This document shows, piece by piece, positions 12,501 to 21,261 of a stretch of 64,000 nt of DNA. The notes beneath the pieces were generated by a model. The model had not been told where the DNA came from. It saw nothing but the letters and a program-made list of their open reading frames with translations, and ran no database searches. The position numbers were made by a program, and so were the translations under genes. The stretch's first letter is position 1, and every line of letters starts with the position of its first letter. The stretch comes from Corallochytrium limacisporum Hawaii (lineage: Eukaryota; Protista; Pluriformea): positions 7,345 through 71,344 of the forward strand of contig PDIP01000005.1 in NCBI GenBank assembly GCA_002811645.1. The letters run 5' to 3'.

Positions 12501-12887
12501 GGTAGCTGCCGCAAGAACGTCGCGGGGCTGATCGTTGAATCTTTTGGCCAGCTCGCTCACAAAGACGCTCCATACCTGAGCTGTCGCGTCTGACTGGGGC
12601 TCATAAGATACCTCTAAGGATGCATGTGTTTCCACTTTATTCCTGTGATTCTTCTGTGATGCTTTGCTTGAAGCACCCGAGGCAGCTGGTTTCGACCGTG
12701 TTTCTTCATCTTTGACCTGCAATTGTGGTGGCCGTGTCTTGTGTACTCGATCGCCCATGCGCCCAGGGAGACGACCAGCCAGAGACAGTGCCTCTCCCGT
12801 CAGGACAACGTCTGGATCAGTGACATTCATGTCTTGTTTGCCCGGCATTTGCGCCGTCTTCTTGGTGCCGGCAGCTTTCTTTTCCAT
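6528..12887 (-). CDS. SNRNP200: U5 snRNP 200 kDa RNA helicase Brr2
   Basis: 2119 aa; APTGAGKT, DEIH, SATLPN, QMIGRAGRPQYD; Sec63 units; degenerate second cassette (APSNTGKT, DDIH); terminal DYLGCDQE; N-terminal RMGDR/DQPRDVL plug region. Confidence 0.97.
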   Translation of the reverse strand: MEKKAAGTKKTAQMPGKQDMNVTDPDVVLTGEALSLAGRLPGRMGDRVHKTRPPQLQVKDEETRSKPAASGASSKASQKNHRNKVETHASLEVSYEPQSDATAQVWSVFVSELAKRFNDQPRDVLAAATEEALHILRNVTTNMKTKMGQLREIIGPVDDDQFNQLYQLTTRLSDYTEVHARRESDEDKGGEDEIVAITFDDEDEDGQRAARRDNDDDLDAGVEALRTDVVETDSESIEESDNEDGPTILEDTTRFALSTRKTSNAGDGLATESSWPPPLLKLDNYVFKEGARFMSNRSVTLPKGSERQQRKTHVEVTVPAPTRDAKGVIEARVPIEALPDWARGGFPNVKELNRLQSTVYKAAFQSNSNLLICAPTGAGKTNVAMLTILNALSGYLVKQIPANGSDEEAVWRVKDSSMLKLVYIAPMKSLVTEVVGNLSNRLTDTYGIVVEELTGDVNVSRQRIDAAHVLVCTPEKWDIITRQGTDRGTVRNTKLLIIDEIHLLHDDRGPVLEAIIARTLRTRSELIDTRIVGLSATLPNAGNVAEFMKVHKDDLFIFGPEHRPVPLEQSFIGVNDRSPVKRITIANDICYTKVAEQVLTEQNQVIIFVHSRKDTYKTAKYLISKAAEQTTVGQFAPEESASSRILRSELSSVHSKQLAEIMTFGFGIHHAGLKRDDRHLVESLFADGHLKVLVSTSTLAWGVNLPAHAVIIKGTQVYSPEKGDWTELSPLDLMQMIGRAGRPQYDTTGLGIVITQVEDLQYYLSLLNEQLPIESQLISRLPELLLAEIVSGTVDTTKSGVEWLDYTYLSVRLHRNPRLYGIDADVTSAKLHEMVRRRKEELIHAAATLLEHADLIEYAVSDGTMIATKLGHVASQYYCSVKTMQTYNQLLESYMTDIDVLKCFSLSSEFRNLNVRQEESLEMTRLVERVPVPIREAATDSSAKVNVLLQTYISQLPMQDAYALTADMVYISQSAGRLMRAMYEVCLAKGWAQSAAKCLSYCKMVNRRQWTAKLPLRQMAVVQQKFLTDDMLSRLERKDFPWSSLFELDASQIGDLMRNQKDGKVIHGALKRFPKLNVSANLSPISRSLIKIDITVAPDFIWDDEIHGQALMFWILIEDTNGEEILAYDTFILYKDLVHEEHNVDLFVPLSDPVAPCYYLRVVADQWIGCESVTSLSFRNLSVPSAFSQPTELRAQAKPVAEFESSFPTWTDSLKHRKVTEFTPVQVQVFDAVINGTENVLVSAPSNTGKTLLAELAIINCIKSMVDGKKVPCVYVAGNQDLALAVWEELMDANASIARSESIAIALHKESDDWTKWEKSDLLVTEPVKWEKISRSWRSKQSRLREVPLFVFDDIHMLEDETEVSSFRLPCPSIGAKYEMLMSRMRVISEQVEKPSRIIAMGHSIGPHRDLANWLGVRKSMSFMFHPRDVESAVGAVEVDVRALKGSPFGQRWANVRREAFHLIRKHRQSSQSLAVAVLPDPTAAVDFAETLFDLSESVDLNLELLPARDEKKWPPLQEEALDPRVARAYQCGIMILDAHSSIAQRKVFLRDYNRLAVVIVTTAYLHCLPKSLTAGLVLLLDTVRYDGVSHSYGEYPMTTLLRALAIATAPSGERRPRFVVYCGHQLQAYYSKFLKDPLAMESCLDRNIDDYFNAEIRRRTITNKQDAVDLMTWTYYYRRLLRNPNFYGLAKVSVEDVSRGLTDLVQGSFEVLEEAECITSVVKEEEDDKDTMKEDDGGESVSSLNFGWIADQYNVSVSTIELFGRSLTQESRMRAILEVVCRASEFDSLPIRNTDQVPLSRLAQHTFYPLEAAGKKLLQPHVKVNCLLQAHMIRALAGQSHKTDLDAMTEPLQHDLRCILPIAMRLLHAAVDVLASKAVLKATLAAMDLCKCLVQAVQPKGSLLLQLPYADDTMVAMSKKVGITTIYDLIEAEEDARDALFATWAPKSEPRGRDSVIEDIAEFCNRYPSLDIDVTYDSSKKGVVRAAVRIVKDEDADLGPVLAPRYPKNPLPTGDNGMVERWWIVLADAEMDELYAIKYGTARQLGKIARYAEPSSPHSLAEDEAVLEVVAQLTFPFPADKVAINPTVYVIARDYLGCDQELRRDHKKEGLLKQEDFS

Positions 12888-13216
12888 ACTTTACGAGTTT
12901 GTGTCATTACCCACGTGTCATTCGTGATGTGGATTCCCTCGTGCCCGGATCATGGCTTCGTAGTATATTTTGATCTTGTACAACATATGCGTGACACTAT
13001 CATCATGTTTAATAATCAGGAAGTCTTGTTCTTGGACATATAAGCGACCGATAGGGACGAATTCTCGGAATTTCCAAACTCTCCCAGATACCTGAGTAGC
13101 AGTGGCCAGTGGGACCCTGCCAACCGCCTGTGAGTGCCAGAGTCTCACCCCTCTCCCGCCCTTCTGAGCAAACCCGCCATACTCATCCCCTCTCTGGCCC
13201 GGCCGCCTCCCGCCGG

Positions 13217-13237
13217 CCCCCCCCGGGGGGGGGGGGG
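13217..13237. promoter_or_regulatory. C8G13 homopolymer palindrome, putative promoter element of Brr2
   Basis: Sole copy in the 547-bp tandem spacer, 330 nt upstream of the ATG. Confidence 0.45.
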
Positions 13238-13434
13238 TGTTTTGGAGGCTTCCCCTCTCTCCTCGGTTTGCGCATGAAGGAAAGCGATTTGGTCGCCCAC
13301 GAAGGAAAGTCTCAAAGACCAAGTCGGCGCTGTTGCTTCGACACTGATGATGAAAAGATGAATATCTGTCTATTAAATATGTTTCATGGATGTGGTTTCA
13401 ATAAGTATGTGTAGAATGATGATATTGCATTACT

Positions 13435-14997
13435 CTAGTCGCGACGAATCAGTGCTTCCATACTGCCACGGGGACTGTCTTCTGCAATCAAAGACTGCAG
13501 GCTGCCACGAGGAGCGTGCATATCCTGCATGCGTACAGAGTCGACGACTGTGCGAGGTGATGAGACAGTCTGCATGGGTGTGATGGTGCCGGTCTCGGTG
13601 TCCAAGCTGTGATGGTCTTCTGGCACGACCTTTTCTCCTTTACCTTCTGTTTTCGCCGCATCACCGTTCTCCAGGTCCGGCGTGCCAAAACTGAGAATCG
13701 GATTGCCAGTGCCGTCGCCGGGCATCTGAATGATGACCGCATCAGTAGTCTCAGTGCGCAAATTCTCGCACTCGAATTCCTGGACATCGTACTTTGTGAA
13801 TCGCCGGAGCCGGAAAGTCACTACCAGCAAGCAGAGGATCACAAAGTTATAGATAATGCCAACTGTAGTGGTCCAAAACGGAACGTACTTAATCACAGAT
13901 GTGAAGAACAGGAATGCGAACTGAAAAACGACGTAAGCAACGGCAATGTTCTTCAACCGGAGAAGCACAACCTTTTTTCGGTCAATTTGTTTGTGAATGC
14001 GATCCTTGACCTCATCGGCCATGCCCACGCCCCGTGCGTACTGACGTACATTGATCTTGGTCGTATCCAGGATCGCCAATTGATTCGTGATGCCTCGAGT
14101 AATGACAAAGAGAGCAAAGATGGATGCGGTCGCCAAGAAGAGACCCTGATAGGGTTGGAGGGAAGCCATGACATGGAAACCGGCCAGCAGAATCCCGAGA
14201 CTCCATATCCATATCTGGTGTTGACGAGAGACGACGGGGTGCACAATACACCAGCCTTCTCCAATGAACATGAACATGATGGCAGTCATGGAAAAGACAA
14301 GGGACCGGGTGACAAGCATGGCTGCCCACAAGGCCATTTCCTCTTGACCGTTCTCTCCTCTCTGCATCCAGTAGAACCAAGTAATGACTAAGGAAACTTC
14401 ACCCAGGATGAAGATAAACATCCACCGCCGATGTAGCTTGTTCGAGAACTGCCGGAAGTATATTCCGTTGGCAACATAGTACACCACCGGGACCAGGTAC
14501 AAAAACATTGCGAAAAAGTACAGGACCGGAAGTCCTTTTTCATCCGAGCTGAGGTATGTGTTCACATTGTAGTTTGAAACCCGCCAGGAACACTTGTCGA
14601 CAATTTCCTCTTCGCAGGACACAAAGTACATCACCCGCCAATCGGCTTCCGTTCGAGTCAGGACCGACTTTCCCTGCTCGTCCAACTGATACACCGAGCA
14701 TGCCGTCGGTGCCTGAATTCCAGTCGCTAGACACCTTACATCATCAGGTTCAAGGGAGAAATAGTAGTAGCCGTACATGGGCGGTGCTTCACAATCCAAG
14801 ATGGTAATTGCCTGCTCCCCGCCGTTTGGGCAGTCCATGTCAATTGTAGACGTGCCATCTCTCACAAAACCGAAAGCCTTGTCCCAAACCCTCTTCGGCT
14901 GCCCGACGCTAAACGCAGAGTTTCCAGTGTGTACATACGCAGACACAGTCTGCAGGAGTAGAAAGACTAAAGTAGTGCCAAAAATTAATCCCTTCAT
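13435..14997 (-). CDS. Signal peptide + luminal domain + 7-TM protein, GOST family (GPR107/GPR108/TMEM87-like)
   Basis: 520 aa; N-terminal signal peptide, Cys-containing ectodomain, LSSDEKGLPVLY junction resembling GPR107 LSAGExPLPxLY, about seven hydrophobic helices, polar tail. Confidence 0.7.
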   Translation of the reverse strand: MKGLIFGTTLVFLLLQTVSAYVHTGNSAFSVGQPKRVWDKAFGFVRDGTSTIDMDCPNGGEQAITILDCEAPPMYGYYYFSLEPDDVRCLATGIQAPTACSVYQLDEQGKSVLTRTEADWRVMYFVSCEEEIVDKCSWRVSNYNVNTYLSSDEKGLPVLYFFAMFLYLVPVVYYVANGIYFRQFSNKLHRRWMFIFILGEVSLVITWFYWMQRGENGQEEMALWAAMLVTRSLVFSMTAIMFMFIGEGWCIVHPVVSRQHQIWIWSLGILLAGFHVMASLQPYQGLFLATASIFALFVITRGITNQLAILDTTKINVRQYARGVGMADEVKDRIHKQIDRKKVVLLRLKNIAVAYVVFQFAFLFFTSVIKYVPFWTTTVGIIYNFVILCLLVVTFRLRRFTKYDVQEFECENLRTETTDAVIIQMPGDGTGNPILSFGTPDLENGDAAKTEGKGEKVVPEDHHSLDTETGTITPMQTVSSPRTVVDSVRMQDMHAPRGSLQSLIAEDSPRGSMEALIRRD

Positions 14998-17732
14998 TGC
15001 ACTTAAGTTCTCTGAGCTACACCTCCTTTCTCTATGATATGTTGCAGAATGTATTGGAAGTCAACCCTACAGTCTACCAATGAGTCCCTATCAAAGCAAC
15101 ATGTTGTTGAGTCTCTGCTCGAAATATATAGAACTGAGATTTTGGAGCGATTCGTGTTACACAGAAAGACGGTGCCCAGTGGAGCACACCATAGTGTGTC
15201 TCAGATTTCTTATACCTACCACAGACTCGTGAGGTATAGATCCCATTATCACCCAAGTCCAACATGCTATCGTGTGACGTGAAACCTTGAAGTATATACG
15301 CCTATTCGCACGTGTACAATCACCTCGCAGAGACCAACATCCCGAAGTCTTACTGCACAGTGTGTCCAAAGCAACCCGGAAACCCAAACCCGGATACACT
15401 TGCAACCGCAGCGACCAAAAGACCTCGCGGATGGGAACCCGGGAACACGTCCGCAAGGGAGCCCTTGACTCGTTAAGGGAATGGGGACGTCCCCCTCTTT
15501 CCCCCTCTCGATCTCCCGCAGTCCGTCTTTGTACTGCTGGTGCCGCCATTTCTTTCACCAACACCAACTTCCCCAGATCCACCCTTCCCTTGGGAACGCC
15601 AAATTAGAGCAACGGGCATCAGAATCCCAGTCGAATATGTACTAAAGGTCTTCCTGTCGCAATCCCACTCACCTGTAGCGCAACATTCGCCCCAACATCA
15701 TCAACTTTTGCGTGCGCCGGTGTTCCGTTGGAGGGAGGGGGGCAACTGCCATCAGCGAAAATTGAGACCGGTAGAGTACGGTAGTCCCAGTATGGAGACA
15801 TCTTTTCTCTCGCCATCGAGTTCTGAGCATGTCTTCAGTAGATATTCTTCAAATCAAATTTCAAAACTTAGCAGGAAATTCCTTCCGCAAGGACCATACT
15901 TTATGTATCTGTTCATTCGGTCCCATCTTTACACATTTCAGATCTCCTATCCTGGCCAAAATCCGTTTATCCCTTCTAAATCTGTCGAACACGTCTTCTC
16001 ACACGCACATTCCGCAGGGGGCCCGATGCAGCCTATTTTCTATTGATAGCAGCACGCTTTGCTCCGCATCTCCTCTGTCCTGCTACTCTTCTCAGTTTTC
16101 ACATTTTTCCTTGGTTTTTTTTCCGGTTTCTTTCGTTTTTTTGTCGCTTTTTTTGGGCATTCCTCGCAAGCTTGGAAAATGAAAATGGAGACTCACGCAC
16201 GGGTTTTTTACTTACCACTTTGAAACGACAGGGCACAACGTAGCCATGGGTGTGTGAGAGAGAGTGAGAGAGGGAGGAAAAGGGAATGGGAGAAGGAGGA
16301 AGAAAGGAGAGAGGACGGGAAGAGACACAAACACACGCACACTCACACAGAGACAGACACACACAGACACACTGGGATACTCCGTGGGCGGACTCGGCAC
16401 CTCCGTGAACAGCCACTGTACAATGATGGCGTGCTGCCAATGCACGGCGAGCGGCACTAAGACGTCAGTGTCATGTTGTCAAATATCACGACGCCCGGGT
16501 ACACTGATGCCAATTTTTTTCGTCTGGAAACCTAGGAACAAAACATATGAGGCAATGGACAAGTGACGCGAAATCGGTTTCAGTTTCTGCCGGCCGCCGC
16601 GCTCGGAAGTCGGCAATCCCGCTGTGGTTTGGTTCAGCTGCTGGTGGATTCGTCTCGCCACGGGGGGATGTTGCTTCTCGCTCTTACCCTAATTTTTTTT
16701 TCCCTCAGTTTCCTTTTTCCCATACCCCTTCCGGTGGCCCCGAAGAGCTGGGTGCTTTTTCCTCTCCCTCCCTTTTCTTCTCCTTCGGAAGTATAGTTTT
16801 TTTTGTCCAAATGGAATTGCTTTCCCCAAGGGGGGGGACTTGAGCGGGTTATTTTTCTATTTGTTTCGGTGTGTCCCCCATTACTTTTCCCCCACTTTCT
16901 CCATTGGGCCGGAGCCCATCCCGGAAAGCGAGGACCAGAGGGATCGGTCGCCAGTCCCAACCATTTTAAGATACGGTGGAAAAAGAACGGGGGGCAGTAA
17001 GACTCGGGGAGGGGGGAGGGCGGGACTCCTTTAGGGCAAGGGCACCGTATAAAATGGGCACATAAGCGGGTCCGCCCGCCCCGTTACTGGCCGCCGGTTC
17101 TAACCCAAACCTTCTTTTGGCTTGCTTGGTCATTTCCTTGTTGTCTTACGGGGTTCTCAAAAAAAAAAAAAACAAAAAAAAAAATGAAGGACCCAACCCA
17201 GAGCAGAGCGCGCGCGAGTTGCGAAAGCCTGGCTCCCGTCCGACCACCGCCCCGGTTCTCCGCTCCGCGGTACATTTTGTTCGTTGGTGGGGAGGGTGCG
17301 GGCCTGTTTTAAGGGGTTTCCGCTGACCGTTGCACATTTATTTTTGGGTGTTCTCCTCCAGCCCCCCGGGGGAGGGGGGGAATCGTCGGCGAAGCTCTGG
17401 CCAAATAAAGGGACTCCCGCTCGCAGCAGCAAACACCACCGACCCTCGGGGTTAGGGGGACTTCTGCTCTTCACTGCCAGAGAGCGTGGATGCCCCGTGG
17501 TCGTGTGGTAATCAACTGGTGGTGCTCCTGATCTGAAGGACAGTGAAGAGCATATGTGTCCGAGCCAGAGCGTAATGATGATGCGATCTATCTCTTTACT
17601 AAGGACTATGGATACATGGTATATATGCAATATGAAGAAGATGTGGGACGGAAATTTGATGGGCCATGACTAGATAGGCCATACCGACGATGGCCGTGAC
17701 CGTGTTGACTGATGATGAGGAATGTGTGCTTC

Positions 17733-18671
17733 TCAGGGGAGATTCTTGATCTGCACCACAGAGCGTTGGCGTCCCATTTTCCAGGCAATGTTCCGTTCGT
17801 CGGTCTTCTTTACCAATGCTTGCCTCAATGGACGAGGTCGGCCCAGATAGAAACTCTTGAGGTCACCGATGGTCTTCATATCACTGATTGCATTGTTTGG
17901 AATGCTGCGCATGAACTCTAAGGACAGAGCATCCATCACCTTGAAACGCATGGCAAGATCGTCCAGGCTGGTGTTGTCATCAACCGACTCCATGCCGAGT
18001 TCCCGAGCAGCGATGGTATGAAATACTTCCCTCGCGTTCTTTAATTGTGGCGGCGAGTAACTATACTCTGCCTGCTCAAGGCGGTGGTTCTGTTTCTTCA
18101 CCCGGACCCAACGGGGTTGCACTTCGTATTTGCTGTCCATCTTCCCGAGCGGGAAGAGTTTTCCAGGTGCCACGTGGTATTGAGCTCCTTGCTTGAAGGG
18201 CTCGCCGGAAACGGGAGGTGGATAGACAGGCTGCAATCTTGCAGTACTGCTGGTAAAATCGATTCCCTTTTCCCATTCCTCAAGAGGAATCTTATGACCC
18301 ATGTATTGTCTCTTGATTTTGCGTAGCATGGCCTTGTATTGCTTCTTCTCCTCTCGCTTATCGAAGTGATAGACCAGAGCCTCCGCACCTCTCTGTCGTT
18401 CGTCTACTGAAAGCAGGGGGTCAATTTTACTACCAACCACGACGTCTGCATAGGGATCTGTGGGTGTGGCGCTGGATGGCTTGGCCTCGCCCTTCACTTC
18501 GCCAAACTGTGGTGCGCTGGCATCAGGCTCGGCCTTCTTTAAGCCCGGGATCACAGACCGTACCTTATCAACTAACCCCCCAAAGAAGCCACCGCTAGCA
18601 TAGGCGCGCGTTCCTGCCTGCACATGGGCTGTGCTAAGCAACCGCGCACTCTGGTAAACTCTCAATGACAT
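17733..18671 (-). CDS. MRPL50: Mitochondrial large ribosomal subunit protein mL50
   Basis: 312 aa; mitochondrial presequence (MSLRVYQSARLLST..RAYAS); C-terminal LDDLAMRFKVM..IPNNAISDMKTIGDLKSFY, typical of the Ribosomal_L50 domain. Confidence 0.75.
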   Translation of the reverse strand: MSLRVYQSARLLSTAHVQAGTRAYASGGFFGGLVDKVRSVIPGLKKAEPDASAPQFGEVKGEAKPSSATPTDPYADVVVGSKIDPLLSVDERQRGAEALVYHFDKREEKKQYKAMLRKIKRQYMGHKIPLEEWEKGIDFTSSTARLQPVYPPPVSGEPFKQGAQYHVAPGKLFPLGKMDSKYEVQPRWVRVKKQNHRLEQAEYSYSPPQLKNAREVFHTIAARELGMESVDDNTSLDDLAMRFKVMDALSLEFMRSIPNNAISDMKTIGDLKSFYLGRPRPLRQALVKKTDERNIAWKMGRQRSVVQIKNLP

Positions 18672-19575
18672 GTTTATGATCCGTTCACCATTCTTTAAAT
18701 TCCCATATTCTCACCTGCTGTACACAAAATTACCGCTACACCGAAGCTTGCGCTTAAGTATGATGAAAACCACCAATGCATCCTGAAGTACCCACTAAAC
18801 CCTCGCATTTGGCAGTGAATCAGGTCAGACCAGTGGGAATAGACCTTGATTACGACTGTTCGATTGTGTATTGACGTATCCTGCAAGAATCTCCCCTCCT
18901 TCCCTTGGGGGGGGGGGGCTGTCATGTGCTCCCTCGCTCCGACCGACCAAGTGGCTGAGGAGAACTCCGATTTACAATATTTAATCAAATTAATCATACA
19001 ATCTGCAACGGAAGGCGCGAAAAAGGGGCACAGTGGCTTGCCCGCTTCATACTTTCATTATGGAGCGCGTGGAGCAACTGCGATATTTCAGTAGTGTTAG
19101 TATGAAACTGTGCAAACCAGGCGCCAAATGTGATCAATATTTTGTTCGGGCACTCAACGTTTGACCAGTTTTCCCGGGACTTCGAAAGAATTGGTTCCCG
19201 GTTGCGGGGCGGTAGAAAAAAAAAGGTCGAAAAAGAATTGGCCCTATCTTAACTTTATGGCTAATACTTTTAAACTGAACATAGATACCTCCACTTTTTT
19301 TTTCTCCCAACATTTCCCTCTTTTTTTTACCCACCAGATTCTTTTTATCGGCTGCCTACCGCAAGCAATGCGGAAAAAACAACAAAAAAAAATTGACTAA
19401 GGCGCCAGGAGCGCAGTTCATTCAACATGCGGAGAGTGAGGCCTATTTTTTTTTTCGACCGAGAAGGCCAGATAGGGGCGCCACATAGTCAAATTACTGG
19501 CGTCTTGTGACAGCGCAGGAATCAAGCCAAGCTGCCAGCTCATTGTCGGGATGTGCATTATTTGTTGTAACCGCC

Positions 19576-19719
19576 ATGGATCCCGTCTTCGCAACGGGGA
19601 TACAAACAGTTAGCACAGCCGTCGACCGCACACAAGGGCAATCTCAGCTATTTCGTGTACTTGAGGTACATGATCATATCGGATGTCCCGAGATCTTAAT
19701 CGTCGGATCATTCTTGTGA
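19576..19719 (+). promoter_or_regulatory. Upstream ORF (47 aa) in the LC8 leader, or an alternative first coding exon
   Basis: ccgccATGg start context; stop lies 31 nt before the LC8 ATG; splicing 19666-19741 would fuse it in frame to LC8. Confidence 0.35.
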
Positions 19720-19750
19720 CTAGTTTGTTTCATCATTACAGATCGCAACC

Positions 19751-20020
19751 ATGTCGGAACGTAAGGCTGTGATTAAGTCCGCTGACATGCCTGAGGATGT
19801 GCAGCAGGATGCCATTGATTGCGCCACCCAGGCTATGGAGAAGTACAACATCGAGAAGGATATTGCTGCCTACATCAAGAAGGAATTCGACAAGAAGTAC
19901 AATCCCACTTGGCACTGTGTTGTTGGCCGCAACTTCGGCTCTTACGTGACCCATGAGACGAAACACTTCATCTACTTCTACCTGGGTCAGGTTGCCATCT
20001 TGCTCTTTAAGTCTGGATAG
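19751..20020 (+). CDS. DYNLL1: Dynein light chain LC8
   Basis: 89 aa, near-identical to canonical LC8 ([56 protein letters not shown]). Confidence 0.99.
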   Translation: MSERKAVIKSADMPEDVQQDAIDCATQAMEKYNIEKDIAAYIKKEFDKKYNPTWHCVVGRNFGSYVTHETKHFIYFYLGQVAILLFKSG

Positions 20021-20580
20021 GCGCTATTGGGACCGAGAATGAGTGATCACGGCCGTCCTCCACAATCGTTGGTAAATAGTCCTAGTGAATTTGGCAGCAT
20101 CTTGAGGGACCTCTGAGTTCTCTGGTTGCCTTGCTAGTCTAGGGACAGTACACATTTAGAGTGTAACTATCGTGATATAATAAACAGTCCATTGTAGATT
20201 TGAGCACGCATCTTTATGATTTATTTAGCCCCAATCATTATCCTTGTCCAAGGCGACTGCGCACGTAGCTAGGAACGGCTTCGTTGACACCGCCCTAGCC
20301 TGGTCCGGCAACTATCTCATACTCTCAAAAAGATGCGCTCAACTTTGTACGCCCTTTAGTATGCGGCCAATGTCATTGCCATGTGTAATGACACGCACAC
20401 TGCGGAAAAAGCAACTCGATTTCACATCCTTTCGGAAGTTGTTTTTTTTAGCAATCTGTACTGTGTTTATATTTGTTGATGGCCGGTGTGACATTCTACT
20501 CATGCTGCCAGCAGCTAGACCTCAACCATGCCTATGGATATGTAAAAAGTTTTTGAAGTGGGTTTGAAGTTCTTGATACC

Positions 20581-21261
20581 TTAAAGTCCAAACATGTTAA
20601 ACTCATTGCCGTTGGGCATCATGTTTTCAAAGCTACCGCTGGCACTGTTGGGAGTCAGAATGTTGTCTAACTGACGAGGACCAGCAGCACCGGCAGTACC
20701 AAAGAAGTCCAAACCAAGCTGTTCTTCGTTCAGACCAAAGGTTTGCTCCTTTGGCGCAGGAGGCGTGGTTGTAGCTGTGGGAGGAGTTGCCGTTGCGGTC
20801 GAGGAGTGGAGTCCCAGCACATCAGGACGGCGCATCTTGCCATGTGTCATAAGCAGACGCTTCATGTAGGCTACTTCTGCCTCCAACATCTTTACACGAT
20901 TCTGGAGAATCTCACACTCTTCGGTCTTTGCTTGGGCAATCTCTTCCAGAACGTGAAGCTCCTGCTTCTTCTTAGCCCGGAAGCGGGCACTGGCAAGACA
21001 ATTACGGCGGCGCTTCTCTTCCTCGTCAACCTTAACGACAGTGCGCTTGCGTTTCCGATCCGAAGATTTGGGGGCGGCAGGAGAGCCAGGCTTAGAGGAT
21101 TTGGGACTCGTGGCCTTGGGGCTGCCGGTCTTCTTGACCACGGAGCCCACCTGCTTGCTTTCAGAATCAGACGGCATCTGAGTGCTTTCGACTGAACCAG
21201 GGTCCAAATTCAAAGCAGTGAAATAGTCTTCACTTTCAAGCCCAATCAATGGAAGATCCAT
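20581..21261 (-). CDS. bZIP transcription factor, MetR/Cys-3/Zip1-like basic region
   Basis: 226 aa; EEKRRRNCLASARFRAKKKQ followed by a heptad zipper (LEEIAQAKTEECEILQNRVKMLEAEVAYMKRLL). Confidence 0.9.
   Translation of the reverse strand: MDLPLIGLESEDYFTALNLDPGSVESTQMPSDSESKQVGSVVKKTGSPKATSPKSSKPGSPAAPKSSDRKRKRTVVKVDEEEKRRRNCLASARFRAKKKQELHVLEEIAQAKTEECEILQNRVKMLEAEVAYMKRLLMTHGKMRRPDVLGLHSSTATATPPTATTTPPAPKEQTFGLNEEQLGLDFFGTAGAAGPRQLDNILTPNSASGSFENMMPNGNEFNMFGL

Noticed and set aside
18761-18790. ATGATGA..CTGA resembling C/D snoRNA boxes
   Set aside because: Spacing too short, no terminal stem or recognisable guide
19120-19128. GGCGCCAAA E2F-like sites (also at 61434)
   Set aside because: Short motif, and the adjacent genes are not obvious cell-cycle targets
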